Of a DNA stretch of 64,000 nucleotides, positions 62,168 through 64,000 are shown one piece after another. Where the stretch lies: positions 15,277-79,276 of the forward strand of contig CAMVEL010000003.1 of assembly GCA_947166565.1 (NCBI GenBank), given 5' to 3'. Positions within the stretch are counted from its first letter, which is position 1. Each line of letters opens with the position of its first letter. Below the pieces are notes generated by a model. It was not told where the DNA came from. It was given only the letters and a program-made list of their open reading frames with translations, and did not search any database. A program made the position numbers and the translations under genes. The stretch is from an uncultured Erysipelotrichaceae bacterium (lineage in GTDB: Bacteria; Bacillota_I; Bacilli_A; RFN20; CAG-826).

Positions 62168-62175
62168 TGATGGAC

Positions 62176-63198
62176 TTATTCAATCCCGTTTGGGTTTTTG
62201 CTTTGGAAGTTATAGGCGTCGCGGCAAGCGTCGACGACATCGTATTTAGCCTTCCAATGAAGTTCCTTCTCCGCCTTATCGGTGGCGGCGAAATTCGAAG
62301 CGACGTCTCCGGCGCGAGGAGGCTCAATGGTGTAAGGGATCTTAACCCCGGTTGCCTTTTCGAAGGCTGCAACCATCTCAAGAACGCTCGTGCCTTTTCC
62401 GGTCCCAAGGTTATAGATAACTAAGCCTGGATCCTCTTCGAGCTTACGAAGGGTTGCGACATGGCCATCTGCAAGGTCGAGGACATGGATGTAGTCGCGG
62501 ATACCGGTTCCATCTGGCGTTGGATAGTTGTTGCCCCAGACGCGAAGATGGTCCCTTTTGCCAACGGCGACCTGGCAGATATAAGGCATGAGGTTATTGG
62601 GGATGCCGTTAGGATCTTCGCCAAGAAGTCCAGACGGATGGGCGCCGATTGGGTTGAAATAACGAAGAAGGGCAACGTTTAGTTCCTTCCAAGCGACGCA
62701 GGTATCCATGAGGATATGCTCAATCATGACCTTGGTCTCGCCATAGGGGTTCGTCGCGTGGGTGACGGGATCGGTTTCCACCAAAGGCACTCTTTCTGGA
62801 ACCCCATAAACTGTCGCGGAAGAAGAGAAAACGATGTTTCTGACATTGAATTCCTTCATGAGTTTGATGAGGGTCAAAGAGGAACCAAGGTTGTTCTGGT
62901 AATACATAATCGGTTTCTCAACGGACTCTCCGACGGCCTTTAGACCAGCGAAATGGATGACGGCCTCAAATTTTTCCTTCTCGAAGACTTCGCGAAGGGC
63001 TTTCTCGTCAGCGACATCGGCTTGATAGAAAGTGGGTAGAACACCCGTGATCTTCTCAATACGCCCCAAGACGGATTTCTTGGAATTCGAGAGGTTGTCG
63101 ACGATTACGGCCTCATAGCCGTTTTCGATCAACTTGATGACGGTTTCGCTTCCGATGAAGCCGGTACCGCCGGTAACCAATACACGTTTGATGTTCAT
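62176..63198 (-). CDS. galE: UDP-glucose 4-epimerase
   Basis: 340-aa ORF. It has VLVTGGTGFIGS, SSSATVYG and the catalytic YGETK (Y-x3-K) motif. Confidence 0.95.
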   Translation of the reverse strand: MNIKRVLVTGGTGFIGSETVIKLIENGYEAVIVDNLSNSKKSVLGRIEKITGVLPTFYQADVADEKALREVFEKEKFEAVIHFAGLKAVGESVEKPIMYYQNNLGSSLTLIKLMKEFNVRNIVFSSSATVYGVPERVPLVETDPVTHATNPYGETKVMIEHILMDTCVAWKELNVALLRYFNPIGAHPSGLLGEDPNGIPNNLMPYICQVAVGKRDHLRVWGNNYPTPDGTGIRDYIHVLDLADGHVATLRKLEEDPGLVIYNLGTGKGTSVLEMVAAFEKATGVKIPYTIEPPRAGDVASNFAATDKAEKELHWKAKYDVVDACRDAYNFQSKNPNGIE

Positions 63199-63215
63199 GT
63201 CGTATCTCCTAAATC

Positions 63216-63971
63216 TTATTTATCGACTTTTTTGGAAGTAGATTTCTTTTTCTTGGCTTCCTTGCGGGCGCGTTTGGTGTTTTTCGCTACACGCTCCGCC
63301 TCTTTTTCGCTAGCGATGTCCGATTGTTTGATTTCGGATTTGCTAGGAATGGCTTCTGTTTTAGCCGTTTCTCCATGAAGGACATCCCTTAATGAAGAGA
63401 TGATGGCGGTCGAAAGAACCTTATTGGCCTGAGCCTCAATCGAAAGGCGGAGTGCCACATAGGCTAGTTGGTCTAAAGCGACTGCATCAGCCCTGTCTGG
63501 GTTCTTAGGATGGTCCTTATCATATAGGGCCTTGATCTTAGCGACCTTTTGGGCCACTTCTTCACTCTTGGAGGAAAGAATGCTCTCTTCAAGCTCGGAC
63601 CAGAAGGTATAAAGCTTATCCTTATCGGTGGATACTCGGTTCTCGAACTCGAGAAGGACCGCGATATCCGCCATAGAGATAGCGGACTTCATCATGGAAA
63701 TCGCAATTAGATAACCGATCTGGTCTTTGGAATATTTCTTCTTGACCGGTTCGGAAATCATCTTGGCCTTAACATAGTTATTGACCATGAAGGAAGTCAG
63801 GGGTTTGCCTTCGTCTTTGTTCAAATCCGCGAGGAGCGTGTTAACGTATTTGAGAACTTGCTCCATATATAATTCAACGGAAGGAAGCTCTTTGTAGGAA
63901 GGCAAATCAAAGTCCTCGCCTTTCTCCAAAAAGGCCAGAAGAGAATCAAATTCGTTTTTGATGTCGCTCAT
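63216..63971 (-). CDS. DUF1836-domain protein
   Basis: 251-aa ORF. LTSFMVNNYVKAKMISEPVKKKYSKDQIGYLIAISMMK fits the DUF1836 pattern. GAGGAG lies upstream. An upstream gene ends with a TGA overlapping this ATG; only ~10 of its codons are inside the window. Confidence 0.6.
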   Translation of the reverse strand: MSDIKNEFDSLLAFLEKGEDFDLPSYKELPSVELYMEQVLKYVNTLLADLNKDEGKPLTSFMVNNYVKAKMISEPVKKKYSKDQIGYLIAISMMKSAISMADIAVLLEFENRVSTDKDKLYTFWSELEESILSSKSEEVAQKVAKIKALYDKDHPKNPDRADAVALDQLAYVALRLSIEAQANKVLSTAIISSLRDVLHGETAKTEAIPSKSEIKQSDIASEKEAERVAKNTKRARKEAKKKKSTSKKVDK

Positions 63972-64000
63972 CTTTTCTTGATCTCCTCGTTCATGACGCG

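Overview
This 64-kb window comes from a chromosome that uses the standard genetic code (TGA and TAA both act as stops). It looks like a low-GC Gram-positive or wall-less Mollicutes-type organism: many lipobox lipoproteins, ecfA1-ecfA2-ecfT-truA synteny, a T-box leader and a CIRCE operator. The right half (about 29.6-64 kb) is ordinary housekeeping. It holds a T-box-controlled TrpXYZ-like ABC importer, cysE, a HisJ-type phosphatase, truA, the ECF energising module, dCMP deaminase, a GH13 alpha-glucosidase, htpG behind a CIRCE operator, folC, smpB, gpmA, ugd, galE and several lipoproteins and proteases. It also holds a three-gene operon (41.3-49.3 kb) for very large secreted or membrane proteins with no recognisable domains. 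The left half (1-29.5 kb) is accessory. At least 12 same-orientation copies of a conserved 16-bp core (TGGAGCACGATGCGGG and variants) divide it into gene-sized cassettes. Most cores sit at the right end of a 75-190 bp structured element that has an inverted copy of the core, a terminator-like hairpin and an AATTTT box. The cassettes carry toxin-antitoxin, defence-type and decayed genes: AbiEi/AbiEii, BrnT/BrnA, RelB/PIN, an XRE-DUF1016 nuclease, four DUF4143-type ATPases (two near-identical), a GNAT pseudogene and two empty cassettes. No recombinase and no intact tRNA is visible in the window. I read this as an integron-like or tandem-accretion cassette array with a recombination site I do not recognise; it is the top candidate for something new. 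A 12-kb interval inside the array carries a second candidate: a radical-SAM/SPASM RiPP locus with a Nif11-like leader and a one-cysteine core. It is embedded with a HipA-like kinase, a LytS-type histidine kinase, a SARP-type response regulator and an orphan STAS/anti-sigma-kinase pair. All family assignments come from motif recognition by eye and need HMM or BLAST confirmation.
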